In this document: positions 53,454 to 64,000 of the stretch, piece after piece
How the letters are laid out: the number at the start of each line of letters is the position of its first letter
Numbering within the stretch: the stretch's first letter is position 1
Translations under genes and position numbers: made by a program
Notes under the pieces: model-generated
What the model was told of the DNA's origin: nothing
What the model saw: only the letters and a program-made list of their open reading frames with translations
The model's database searches: none
Source of the DNA: Zygnema circumcarinatum SAG 698-1b
Lineage: Eukaryota; Plantae; Zygnematophyceae
Direction of reading: 5' to 3'
Assembly: GCA_037447605.1 (NCBI GenBank)
Contig: CM074814.1
Location: 2,973,403 to 3,037,402, forward strand
Length of the DNA: 64,000 bases

Positions 53454-56310
53454 TGCGTCAAGTGGTGCCTCAAATCACCACTCACAAGCCTGGACAGGCT
53501 GAGTTCTTTTTCCACTTCAGGAATGGCTTGAAGCCACACTTGAGGAAGCAGCTAAGGACTAACCCACGGACTCTGAAACCGTGGGACCCCGCTGACTCTG
53601 AGCTGTACTTTGATGCAGCCATTCAGTTGGACACCGCCCCTGCAGGCGATGCAGGCCCTTCCCGACCCCAGCAGAGGTCGGGCGACGTGACAGGGTCGTG
53701 GAAGGCGGGACCTTCAGCTCCTGCCAAGATGGCAAGAAAGAACAAGCGGAAGCAGCCGGAAGCGACTGCCCGCCCAGCCACTGCAAGGCCGCAGAAGTTG
53801 ACTCCAGAGGAAATGGAGAAGATGCAGCGGGAGAACAAGTGTTTCCGCTGCCGCAAGGAGGGGCACAAGGCCCGGGATTGCCCTCTGAACGCCAAGGACA
53901 GGAAGGGCAAGGGGCCGGAAAACCCCAACCCACCAGCAGCTTAGGGGTCGTTGCTGGTGGACATGCTAGGTTAGGAGAAGGGATGGAGACTGCCGCCAGG
54001 ACTAGGGGACATTTGTTTCTTAGGACCTTGGACATTCTTAAATTGATCGGCAGACCTTTGGAAATGCGCGATCTCTTTGTGTGTGATGCACCCCCTGTTT
54101 CCATTTCCCTCTCCCCTGCCACTGTAGTGACTCCTTCTGGGTTTATGGATGTAGTGATGAATGGTGATTGGCATGTCTTTATCCTCAATGTTATGGGCGA
54201 TGATGTTCTCATGCAATGTGCCATGGATGCTCTGCATGTCATGGGAAACACCTCCCATGTCCTTGGGCTGCATGTGCTGGTTCCTCAGCACATGGCAGTT
54301 CGCACTTTTCCCAACGCCAATTGGCGGTTGGTGAAACAGTCGAGGAAAGGGCACAAGTTGGTGCAAGAGATGGAAGGATCCACCAGCTTGCTGGTTGGAT
54401 CACCCTACACATTGGTGTGGAGGACGGCTCGTCCTCAACCCTCGCATATAGTGCGATCCATGTTCCATCTCGCCTATCGTGCCATGACCTTCACCGAGTC
54501 AGCCAATGGCCACCCAGCAGTTATACTGCTAGATACTGGGGCAGATGCTAACTTTGTTAGTTCTGCATTCACCCAGAGATTTGGGTTGACCTCAGATCCC
54601 CATTCAGAAAGTGTTACTTTTGGGGATGGACGCAAGGGCCAGATCTCTGGTAGCGTCACACTCAAGATCAAGCTCCAATCCTACTCCGGGGCAGTCAAGT
54701 GTCTTCTGACTCATCTGGCCCTTGGAACTGATGTTATTTTGGGGAGTGCTTGGTTAACTGAGGTCAAGGCCCAATTGGACTTTTCCGTCCCACATTGCAT
54801 TCTGCACAGTGGTGCCAGGCGGATTACCCTGCACCCTGGCAGCTCCACATCCTCTGCTATCAAGCAGCCTGTTACTCCTTATCTCTGCTCGGCCATGCAA
54901 TTGGCCAAAGCTGTTAAGGAGGGTTGCACCTTGTTCATGGTGCATGTTATGACAGCCACTGAGGATGTTCATGACGAAGATCAGGAGTGGCAGATCACAT
55001 CTACTGACGTGCTCTCCACTGTTCCCTCCCAGTTCCAACCTCTGTTGGATGAATTCAGGGATGTCTTCCCTGATGACCTTCCAAGAGGGTTGCCCCCATC
55101 GAGGAGGGTGGGGCACTGGCGTCCCTCTGTGGCCTTTGAGCAAAAGCACGCCTTGGCTGACGATCCTATGCTCGGTTAAGTCGAAAAGAAACCAAGGAGA
55201 TGCGAAAGCAGTTGGCAACTTTACGTGACAAGGGCTGGATAGAACCCAGTCAGAGCCCCTTTGGGGCGCCCATCTTGTTCGTTGGGAAGAAAGATGGTTC
55301 TTTGAGGATGTGCATTGATTGCTCAGCGCGCTCAGCAAGATCACCGTAAAGAACGTTTTGCTTTACCGCGTATTGATGATCACGATTGGATCGTCTTCCG
55401 CGGCGCCAAAGTGTTTACATCACTTGATCTTGCTCAGGGGTACCATCAGATCCGCGTCACAGAAGCTGATGTGCCAAAAACTGCGTTCCGGACGCCGATT
55501 GGTCATTTTCAATATAAAGTGTTGCCCTTTGGATTGACTAATGCTCCGGCCACTTTCCGAGCTGTGATGAGCGAGATGTTCATGCGGCATGAAGCGAAGT
55601 TTGTTTTAGTTTTACCTCGATGATATCAATATTACGGTAAAGGCGAGAGGAACATCTTGAACCGCGTTCGGAAAGTGTTTGAGACCCTGAGGAAACACCA
55701 GTTTTATGCCAAGAGGAAGAAGTGTCACTTCATGCAGCGTGAGTTGCTTTATCTTGGGCATATTCTGAATGATCAAGGCCTTTGGCCAGATCCTGCCAAA
55801 GTCTCTGCGGTAGAAACTTGGGCAGCACCGACTGACTTACATCAGTTGCGATCATTTTTGGGATTTGCGAATTATTTTCGTAAATTCATCCAAGGATTTA
55901 GTAAATTGGTTACTCCCTTGACTAATTTGACACGTTCCGGTGTCCCCTTTGCATGGACCCCTGAATGTCAGGAAGCATTCGAGGGCGTGCGCCATGCCCT
56001 TGTTACGCGCCCAGCGCTAGTTTAGCGGACTACGTCCAAGCCTGTATAGAGTGGTTTGTGATGCCTGGGATTAGCCTTGGGTGCCGCGTCTTGTTTTAAA
56101 GGATAGTCAACCTGCAGTATGAAAGTAAAATGAATCGGCCCAGCGGCATAACTATTACCTGTGAAACGGGAACTGCTACGGTAGTCCACGCCGAGGACAT
56201 GGCGGTGCTATTTGGAAGGCAGCGTCCACGCTGGTCATGACCACCGCCCGTTGGCGTTCCTCTCAGCCGCGGACCACTGTGTCTGGCCGAGCACAGTGCG
56301 AGTTCCTCAC
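53454..56310 (+). mobile_element. Ty3/Gypsy retrotransposon fragment (gag end, protease, RT, RNase H; frameshifted; no LTR or integrase seen)
   Basis: Zinc knuckle CFRCRKEGHKARDC; protease ILLDTGADANFVS; RT LDLAQGYHQIRV..KTAFRTPIGHFQYKVLPFGLTNAPATF; connection LRSFLGFANYFRKFI; RNase H remnant DHRPLAFL near 56240. Confidence 0.93.
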
Positions 56311-56315
56311 ATTAG

Positions 56316-57308
56316 TGTTGGTGTATGATAGTTAGGCATTGTATGGCACACACTAACTTGTTGTGGTACTTCGGTTGTAGAACATGAGATCACGCTAGAA
56401 GTAGTGCTCTTAGATTTAGGAATAATGATTTATACGACTCAGGTGAGATGCTTGGCAGTCGCAGCGAATGCGAACAAAGCGGCCGGCGTGATTGGGCCTT
56501 GACAGCCCGACACATGTCTTGGCGGAGAAACAGGGCCAGCGCAACTTTGATGAATGGCCTTGGTAGCGAAAGCAGCGAGGCGCAAAAGTTCTTGGCCTTG
56601 AGCTTGACATAGAAGATATTTGGCCGGCCCGAGGAGCGAGATGCGCCCGTGGACCACTGCGCAATGTGGGTCGCGAGTTGAGTGTCTGCGGCGAGGTGTG
56701 GTGAGCCGAAGCGGGAAGAGGCGGGCTGGCGAAAGCGGCCCAGCTAATGCTGCCAGGGCCGGGTGTGCGAGCGACAGAACCAGGTGGCGCTGCGTGGGTT
56801 CACGAGGCGATAGCGGTCGTGATCTGAGAATGCGCCCACCGGACTCGGTGCATGGGTTTGCAATGGCGGTAGCGGCGTGACATGTGTGTCACGTCCCGCG
56901 GACACTCATATTATACTGAATGCATAGTTTTGTATGGGAAGTAACCCACCCACACTACTTTGTCATAGTCTGGGTCTTGATGCATTGCTGCTCGTCTTTT
57001 GCTAGGCTGCACACTTGTGTACCATTGAGGTAGTGAGTGAAAGGGACCTTTTGAAGTAGTGGGAGAGCTTCATTGTGGAAAACCGGTTTATTATAAGGAG
57101 TTTTAGAAGTGAGCTTTCTCACTTTTACTCTCTCATTGTGATTTCGGCTGACTGCTTGTCTTGCTTCATTACATTTGTTATGGGCGATGAGTGAAGTAAG
57201 ATAGAGCTTTGAGTGTTTGAATGTCTTCATCCATTAGAACTCAAAGTTCAATGGAGAAAACACCCAAGGTAGGCGCCCGGAGGTGGGAGCAAACCCACAG
57301 CTTCAACA
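56316..57308 (+). repeat. Copia 5' LTR (TG...CA); start may be up to about 6 nt earlier
   Basis: Aligns with 61619-62580; both end (C/G)CTTCAACA preceded by GCAAACCC. Confidence 0.88.
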
Positions 57309-57310
57309 AG

Positions 57311-57321
57311 TGGTATCGAGC
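57311..57321 (+). promoter_or_regulatory. Primer-binding site, tRNA-iMet type
   Basis: TGGTATCGAGC lies 2 nt after the LTR; the consensus is TGGTATCAGAGC, so one base is missing. Confidence 0.8.
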
Positions 57322-60300
57322 CCAAGGTGGCGAGGAAGACCCGCGCGTGAAGTCCGGCACATCCGGCGTTGTCGTTGGACTACAAAGGGTGGAGATGGCC
57401 CGGTACGGTTCCCTTGCTGCGTGGGCAAGGGGAATTTTGTTGGGGAATGCGTTGGCGGCACCATCAAGGCACGGTGGAAGCCGGGAGGCTTACGGCAGGC
57501 GGCGGTGAGATTGACACGGCTCGCGGATGGAGGACCAAGGACAACAAGGCCCTCACCCGAGATCGTCATGGCGTGAGGAAGTCCCTCTTCCATCTTTGTA
57601 TGACCTTAAGACTTCACATGCTATGTGGAGATGCTTAGAAGAGATGTATGATGTAAAAAGGATAAACGTAGCGATAGTCATGCAGCTTGGGAAAATGAAG
57701 ATGTCTCAGAGAGAAGGCGAGTGAATATATGGTCCAAATTTGATACTCTATTGGAGAGATTTATATAGCCTTGTACAAAAACGGTTAGAGGGAGACCATA
57801 AAATCAGCCAGTTTCTAGGGGGACTGCCTGGCCGATTTGATGTAGCAGTTGCAGCTCTTAGGACTGTTCTAACGAACACCGTGATGACCCTTGAGCAAGT
57901 GAAACGGAGGATCAAGGAGGAGATCACTGTCCAAGACGTTGGAGCACGAGGAAGGTGTTGGTATTTGCACTCCGCGACAAGTTGAAGAAGGAGGTGCACG
58001 AGGAAACGGAGCAAGTGAGGCATACGCGGGGCGTGTTACCGTCGCGGCAAGGCAGACCACTTCTCGGCAGCTACAAAACAAGAACACCCAGGTCGAGGTG
58101 GAGAACATCGTCATCCCGTCAAGAAGGATTCAAGGGAATCTGCTTTAAATGCAAGAAGCGAGGCCACAAAACCTGGTGCGAGTGGCCCGGTGGAAACCCG
58201 AATCTCATGTGGCCCGGAACATTCGATTTTGTTGAGAAAGATCAGGTTGCGGATCTATGACGGCCATGGTGATCGACTACGGCGCTTCCACGCGCAGCAT
58301 GTGTGGCGACATGGCGATATTCTCTCTGGCCCGGACACCTTGGAAGGACGGATCATTCACTGCGGCAGCGGAGAGTGGCGATTACAAAAGGAGGTGTAGT
58401 AAAGATGATCGGAGAGCGGCTCTATCATCTGAAGAAGAAAGAAGAAGCGGTTGTGCATGCGGTGGCGTGCTAATACTCGACTGAAAGCGAACTTCATGTC
58501 TGGTAGTCAAGTATGTAAGAGGGGTACAGAAGTCACCTTTACAAGGAGAATCTGTGTAGCTACTCACCTATGAGTGAGGCGGTTGTTTGAGGGTATGAAG
58601 GGAGGCTGTATTACCTTCATTATAGGAGAGAAGAAGATGAGGGTGTGATGGCTGTAACTGAGGGTGCAGTAAATCTTTGGCATCGTAGACTTGGTCATCT
58701 AAACCATAGGGGACTGCAACAGCTTGCTGCAAAGGGGCTGGTCCGCGGGTTAGACGTTGACGTAGTTGAGAAGGAGCTAGGCTGCGAAAGAGTGTGTAGA
58801 GGGAAAGGCGCCACGGAGACCTTTCTCGAGGTGTGGAGAGGAGTCATTTCACGCGCAAGAGAAACTGGAATTGGTTCAGACCGATTTGTGTGGACCCGTG
58901 ACACCGGCAACGAGCGGAGGAGCTCGCTACTTCATCACCTTCCTCGGCGATTTTACGAGGAAAATTTAGATGAAAAATTCTCGAGTACAATCACGAAGCT
59001 TTGGGCGTTCGAGATTGGCAGAACTCAGATGGGCGAGAAACGACCGAGGCCCGCGAAGACAACTGGCGGCTCGGACAACAATTCGTCGAAGAGTTGGCGG
59101 GTACTTGAAGGAAGCTCATGGAATAAGGCATGAATTTTGCAGCTCTACTCCCCTCAAAGTAATGGAATGTGAGAGGGTCAATAAAATGTGGGGACATAGC
59201 GCGGACCATGGCGATGAATTCCCCTTCCGGCATCCTTTTAGGGGCGGTGATGACGCAACTTGCCTTAGAAATAGATGCCCATCTTCTATGCTTAAGGATC
59301 AGGTTCCTGAAGAGGTGTGGAGTGGGAGGAAACCCACGGTGTCCCACCTGAAGACCTTTGGAGCGCGCTACTGGTCGACAGTGCCGAAAGCGAGGCAGAA
59401 GAGAAAGTTCGACCCCCGAGCCGTGGAAGGGTACCTTCTCGGCTACAACATGGGCCGGTCGCGCACCTAGGGTGTAGAACCCTCGAGGAAACAAACAAAG
59501 TGCGAGCTCGAGAGGCGTTACGGTGTGGGCAAGGAAAGGCGGTGACTAGAAGGCTAGAGGTGAGACCCGCACCCCAAAGGCCGAGGTTACTTGGAAATTG
59601 TATGCGAGGATGCTTAGGAGACCAGCGAAAAGCATGGGCGCCTCTCGGGTCCAGCTGAAGGAAGATCGTACGCGGGAAAGCGAGGGAGGCGAGCGGGAGG
59701 CTAGCGAGCGTGGAGGCGGCCCGTGGGAGTTGAACCCGAGGCATAGCGGAGCCGCAGCAGCCGGCGGAAGCGAGCACCACTACACACTCACCGTCGGCGA
59801 GGAGAACTTCGGCAGCGTACCTTTGCCGTAGGCGGAGTGGGGATTTGGAGGCGGGCGAGAGAGAGGCTATGTTGGCCGACATGCCTCCCGGGTTTGTCCG
59901 AGGATTTTCTTCAACATGAGGCCACGGGAGGCGCCAAGGACCTGGGAGGAGCACCCGTGTGTGAGGAAGGCACGATCACTACAGCCCTCCGCGGACAAAC
60001 CTAGTACAGGAAAAAGGCCCACCAGACCCACCGGACCCGCCGGGACCGGCCACCGTTTCCATGATAACCGAACCGCAAACCTTTGAGGAAGCCTGCAGCG
60101 AGGTCGATGGAAAGTAGCGAAAGCGGCAATAAGCGTGAGTGGGGCCGATTCACGGAGAAGCGGCATGGCGACTTGAGGCTGCCGAGGAAGGAGCCATTGG
60201 ATACAGGAAGTGGGTGTTCAAGGTGAAGCGAAAGGCGGACGGGAGTGTCGACCGATACAAGGCGCGGCTGGTGGCGAAGGGCTTCAGCCAGGCGTACGGA

Positions 60301-61618
60301 ATCGACTACACGGAGACCTTCGCCCCCGTGGTGAAGTTCAACTCCCTCCGTGCCTAATATGATTGCGGCGGGGATGCGATTACATGACTCGATATCAAGA
60401 GCTGCGTTTACCTGCGGAGATCTCGGCGGGGGTCTACGCCCGGTAACGACCGAAGGAAAAGTTGACTCCCCGGGCGAGAGCATCTCGTTTATCGTCTTGT
60501 ATGAAGAATGCAGCGCGAATTTGAAAGCAGGCGCCGAGATTTGAATGCGAGAAAATTGGTAACTCACCAGGAAGTATAGCAGTTCGCCTTGATGCAAGGC
60601 GGATCATTCCGATGCACCGACCAAGAAGCGGATCTCATATGCGTTGGGATCGTGGACGACCTCATAATGGTGACAGCCTCTCATTGGAGAATCAATGATT
60701 TAGGCGGCTTTTGAGCTAACTTCCAAAATCGCCGGATCCTAGGGTATGATATCTAGGAATCTCGATTGAAGAGGCAGGCCCGCGGTAGCTTATTTCTTTA
60801 GCCGAGGAAAAATGCGCGCGCGAGATATACTTACCCGGGTTCAAAATGGAGAGTCACGTCCTTGTTGGTCAGATGGAGATGAATGCGATTATTAATGATG
60901 CGGCGGCCGGATCGCGGTCTCGAGAGAATGTCACGAATTATACGTCTGGTCGGCAATGTCAGGAGTTTAATGTATCGATGATAGGTACTAGATCTGACTT
61001 GTAGCGAGTGAGCTTCCGGCAAATGCGGTTCATGGAGAATCGGTCACTGAACATTGGAGGCCGTGCGGCGGATTTCGGTCGTGAAAGGACCTTGGATTAC
61101 GGTCTCCGGATTTGAATGGGGAGCCCAGCAGTGATGCGGGTACACGGCTACGATTGGGAGGTGATGTGGACGCGTCACGATCGGCGGAAATCGAGATTTG
61201 TGTTCTGAGCGGAGGGTAGCGATCTCATGAGTCCGAAGTTACAAGACCGGTGAAGCATTTGTAGAGCACCGAAGGAGAGTACATGGGGCGTGCCATGCGG
61301 CGAAGGAGGGATGGTTCCAACATTTCTTTTTGATGAATGCCAGCAACCACAAGGCACATTGACTCTTTTACGGACATGCCCGGTCATCTATAGCCCTCAT
61401 GGAGAACCTGTGTTTCATAAAGAGAACCAAGCACATTGGTGCAATATCATTATGTCGCGAGAGTTGGTAGAAGGAAAGGATGAGTAAGTGAAATTTGAAG
61501 TTTTAGCGGAACAAAAGAAGCGGGCTGAGACATGTTGACCAAAATTGGTGAGGAGACACTTCACTAGTGAGCAATGATTGATTGGGGGCAGGGCCATGAG
61601 GCCAAGTCCCAAGAGGAT

Positions 61619-62580
61619 TGTTAGTGTTAGTGTATGATAGTTGGATACATTGTATGGCACACACTAACTTGTTGTAATTTTCGGTTTGTAGAACATGAGA
61701 TCACGCTAGAAGCGTGAGTGCTCTTAGATTTAGGAATAATGATTACGCTACCGGCTTCGAGGTGAGTCTTGCCCGCGAAGTCTGTAGTCTGAGCAGCTGA
61801 TTGGGCCTTGGCCGGCCCGACACGTAATCTTGGCGGAGAGCGGACTGCTTTGATTAATTAAGCGTGGCAAGCTTATGAGCGCCAAATTACTTGGCCTTGA
61901 AGCGACATAGAAATATTTGTGACGGAATCGCCCGCGTGGACCACTTTCGCAATGTGGGTCCTTGAGTTGATGTCTGACTGAGGTGTCGTGACGAGGCGCT
62001 AGAGGCTGGCAGCAGTAGCTATGCCGGGCCAGTGTCTGGCCGCGACAAGAACTAGATGCGGCCGGCCCAGTAGGTTCTGAGGCAACTAGCGGTCAGCCCA
62101 TTCTGAAGTCGCCCTCGGACCGGTGCATGGGTTTTGCAATGGCGGGCGCGGCGTGACATGTGTGTCCGTCGGGCCTCATAATATAGTCACATAGTTTTTA
62201 TTATGGAAGTAACCACCCACTACTTTGTCATAGTCTCAGGTCTTATGCATTGCACACTTTCAGTCTTTGCCTGACTGCCTACACTTATTAATGCGTGAGG
62301 TAGTGAGTGAGAGGGACCTTGAAGTAGTGGAGAACTTCATTGTGGGAAGAGCAGTTTTTATTATAAGGAGTTTTATGGCCGTGAGCTTTCTCCTACTTAC
62401 TCTCTCTCATTGTGATTTATTTGTGCTTGTCTTGTAGCTTCGTGCATTTGTTATAGGCTGATGGTGAAGTAAAATAGAGCTTTGAGTGTTTGAATGTCTT
62501 CATCCGTGGGAACTCAAGTTCCAATGGAGGGCGACACCCAAGGTGGCGCCGGAAGTGGGGAGCAAACCCCTGCTTCAACA
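61619..62580 (+). repeat. Copia 3' LTR
   Basis: Preceded by purine-rich AAGAGGAT; starts TGTTAG and ends CTTCAACA. Confidence 0.88.
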
Positions 62581-63912
62581 GCCCCCTCTCGTACCTGATC
62601 CCATAATCAAGCGTCCCTCTCACATATCTGAATATCCTCTTCACGGCCTCCCAATGCTCGAGGCCCGGATTCTCCATGAATCGGGTGGCCGAGCTCACTG
62701 CTTTCGCCAGGTCCGGACGCGTTCCAATCATCAGGTACATCAGACTCCCAATCGCAGACCTGTAAGGCACTCCGAACATCTTCTGCGCCTCTGCTGCACT
62801 CGAAGGTGACATCTCCTTCGACAATCTAGCACCTATCTCCATCGGGCTGGAGCACGGCCTAGAATCCTCCATATGGAACCGGGCAAGAACATCTGATGCA
62901 TACTTCTTCTGACACAAGAATAAGCTGCCATCTTGCCCCCTCTTCAGCTGCATCCCAAGCAGATACTGCGCCTCCCCCAAATCTGACATCTTGAAATTTG
63001 CTTGAAGCAACTCTTTCAAGGAACTGATTCTTTCAAGCGAGAGGCTCACCATTATGAGATCGTCAACGTAGATCCCGACGAACATGATGTCCGCCCCCTC
63101 TCCTTGACGGTACACGGAATGATCTGTTTCGAATCGGTCGAAACCATTCCTCCTCAGAAGATCATCTATCTTCTCGTACCACACTCTGGGCGCCTGCTTC
63201 AAACCATATAGGCTCTTCACTAGTCGACAGACTAGGTGTTCCTTTCCTGGGACCACCTTCCCCTCCGGCTGCTCCATATAGATCTCTTCCGTTAGATCTC
63301 CGTACATGAATGCCGTCTTGATGTCCAACTGATGGACATGCATTCCTTCAGCCGCTGCGATGGAAATCAAGGCTCTCAAGGAGTTGAACTTTACCACCGG
63401 AGCGAAACTCTCCACGAAGTCAACTCCATACTTCTGGGCGTATCCCTTCGCCACTAGCCGCGCCTTGTATCTGTCCATGCTTCCGTCTGCCTTCCTCTTG
63501 ACTTTGAAGACCCATTTGCAGCCAATAGCTCGCCTCCCTTGAGGCAGCTTCTCCAACCTCCACGTGCCGTTCTCTCTCAAGCTGTCCCACTCGCTATCGA
63601 TCGCCACCCGCCATTTGTCGCCATCGACTCCATCGTGCGCTTCCTCAAAGGTCTGTGGTTCCGTGATCATAAAGCAATGGGCAACTCCACAATTCGGTGA
63701 ATGCGAAGGCACTCTTTCATGGATAAGGTTGTTCTCGGGCGAATACCGATTGGTAGCCTCACGTCGATTATGTCGAACCTCCTTGGCGCTTGATCCTCTC
63801 GGATAGAAGTAGAGTCCGGGTACAAAACCTGGAGGCATGTTAGCTAACATAGCCTCTCTCTCGGCCGCTTCAAGGTCCTCAGACTCTTGCGTGTGCAGCG
63901 GCACACGGGGGG
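62581..63912 (-). mobile_element. Second, related Copia fragment: uninterrupted RT ORF, truncated at both ends
   Basis: Open frame of about 440 aa with [43 protein letters not shown] and YRSAIGSLMYL. It ends at IRYERG against the other element's LTR, and its other end abuts the telomere. Confidence 0.93.
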
Positions 63913-63913
63913 C

Positions 63914-64000
63914 TTTTAGGGTTTTTAGGGTTTTTAGGGTTTTTAGGGTTTTTAGGGTTTTTAGGGTTTTTAGGGTTTTTAGGGTTGTTAGGGTTGTTAG
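63914..64000 (+). repeat. Terminal telomeric repeat (TTTTTAGGG)n
   Basis: One TTTTAGGG, seven perfect TTTTTAGGG (63922-63984), then TTGTTAGGG variants. The G-rich strand runs toward the window end. Confidence 0.92.

Larger units (their letters stand above)
56316..62580 (+). mobile_element. Ty1/Copia retrotransposon with both LTRs; internal ORFs heavily frameshifted
   Basis: LTRs at about 56316-57308 and 61619-62580. Gag CFKCKKRGH, protease VIDYGAST, pre-integrase LWHRRLGHLN, and [29 protein letters not shown]. Confidence 0.92.

Noticed and set aside
52040-53539. FPS-repeat, KEG-repeat and WLVARGS-repeat ORFs
   Set aside because: Translations of the 9-bp and 7-bp satellites.
55000-62400. Dense frameshifts read as evidence of very old elements or RNA editing
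   Set aside because: The indel-dominated pattern next to a gap and an intact neighbouring ORF is equally consistent with unpolished long-read consensus; age cannot be inferred.
62581-62592. GAGAGGGGGC|TGTTG on the minus strand resembling a PPT-LTR junction of the inverted Copia
   Set aside because: The PBS at 57311 fixes the LTR orientation as plus, and the inverted element lacks RNase H before this point, so it is coding sequence (YERG).

Overview
Eukaryotic nuclear DNA with intron-rich genes. The gene content (PsaH, EMB2737, RAY1, NRAMP1-type) points to a GC-rich streptophyte, probably a charophyte alga; this is inference and the species is not determined. Positions 1-51.7 kb hold a gene-dense arm: the 5' end of an unidentified gene (-), RAY1-like GT77 (+), EMB2737-like (-), PsaH (-), ARP3 (-), R3HCC1L-like (+), spermidine synthase (+), an At3g19895-like 2OG-fold/U-box protein (+), the DP transcription factor (+) and NRAMP (+). 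Non-autonomous inverted-repeat elements and microsatellites lie between them. From about 51.8 kb the window is subtelomeric: a 110-bp satellite, an (AAAAGAGGG)n array, two interstitial telomere tracts flanking a two-exon histidine-kinase fragment, a (GCCACGA)n array, a 10-N gap, a Gypsy fragment, a Copia element with both LTRs, and a second inverted Copia fragment capped by terminal (TTTTTAGGG)n. The most notable observations are a UvrD/SRS2-type helicase fragment inside ARP3 intron 1, a 9-nt T5AG3 telomere apparently added onto a broken Copia, a kinase fragment running into telomere repeats, a -1 frameshift signal in the Gypsy, and GTAC (SBP-box) clusters upstream of four genes. All protein identities come from recalled family sequences, not database searches. 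The distal 12 kb may contain assembly noise. I found no single coherent novel system that I can support with certainty.
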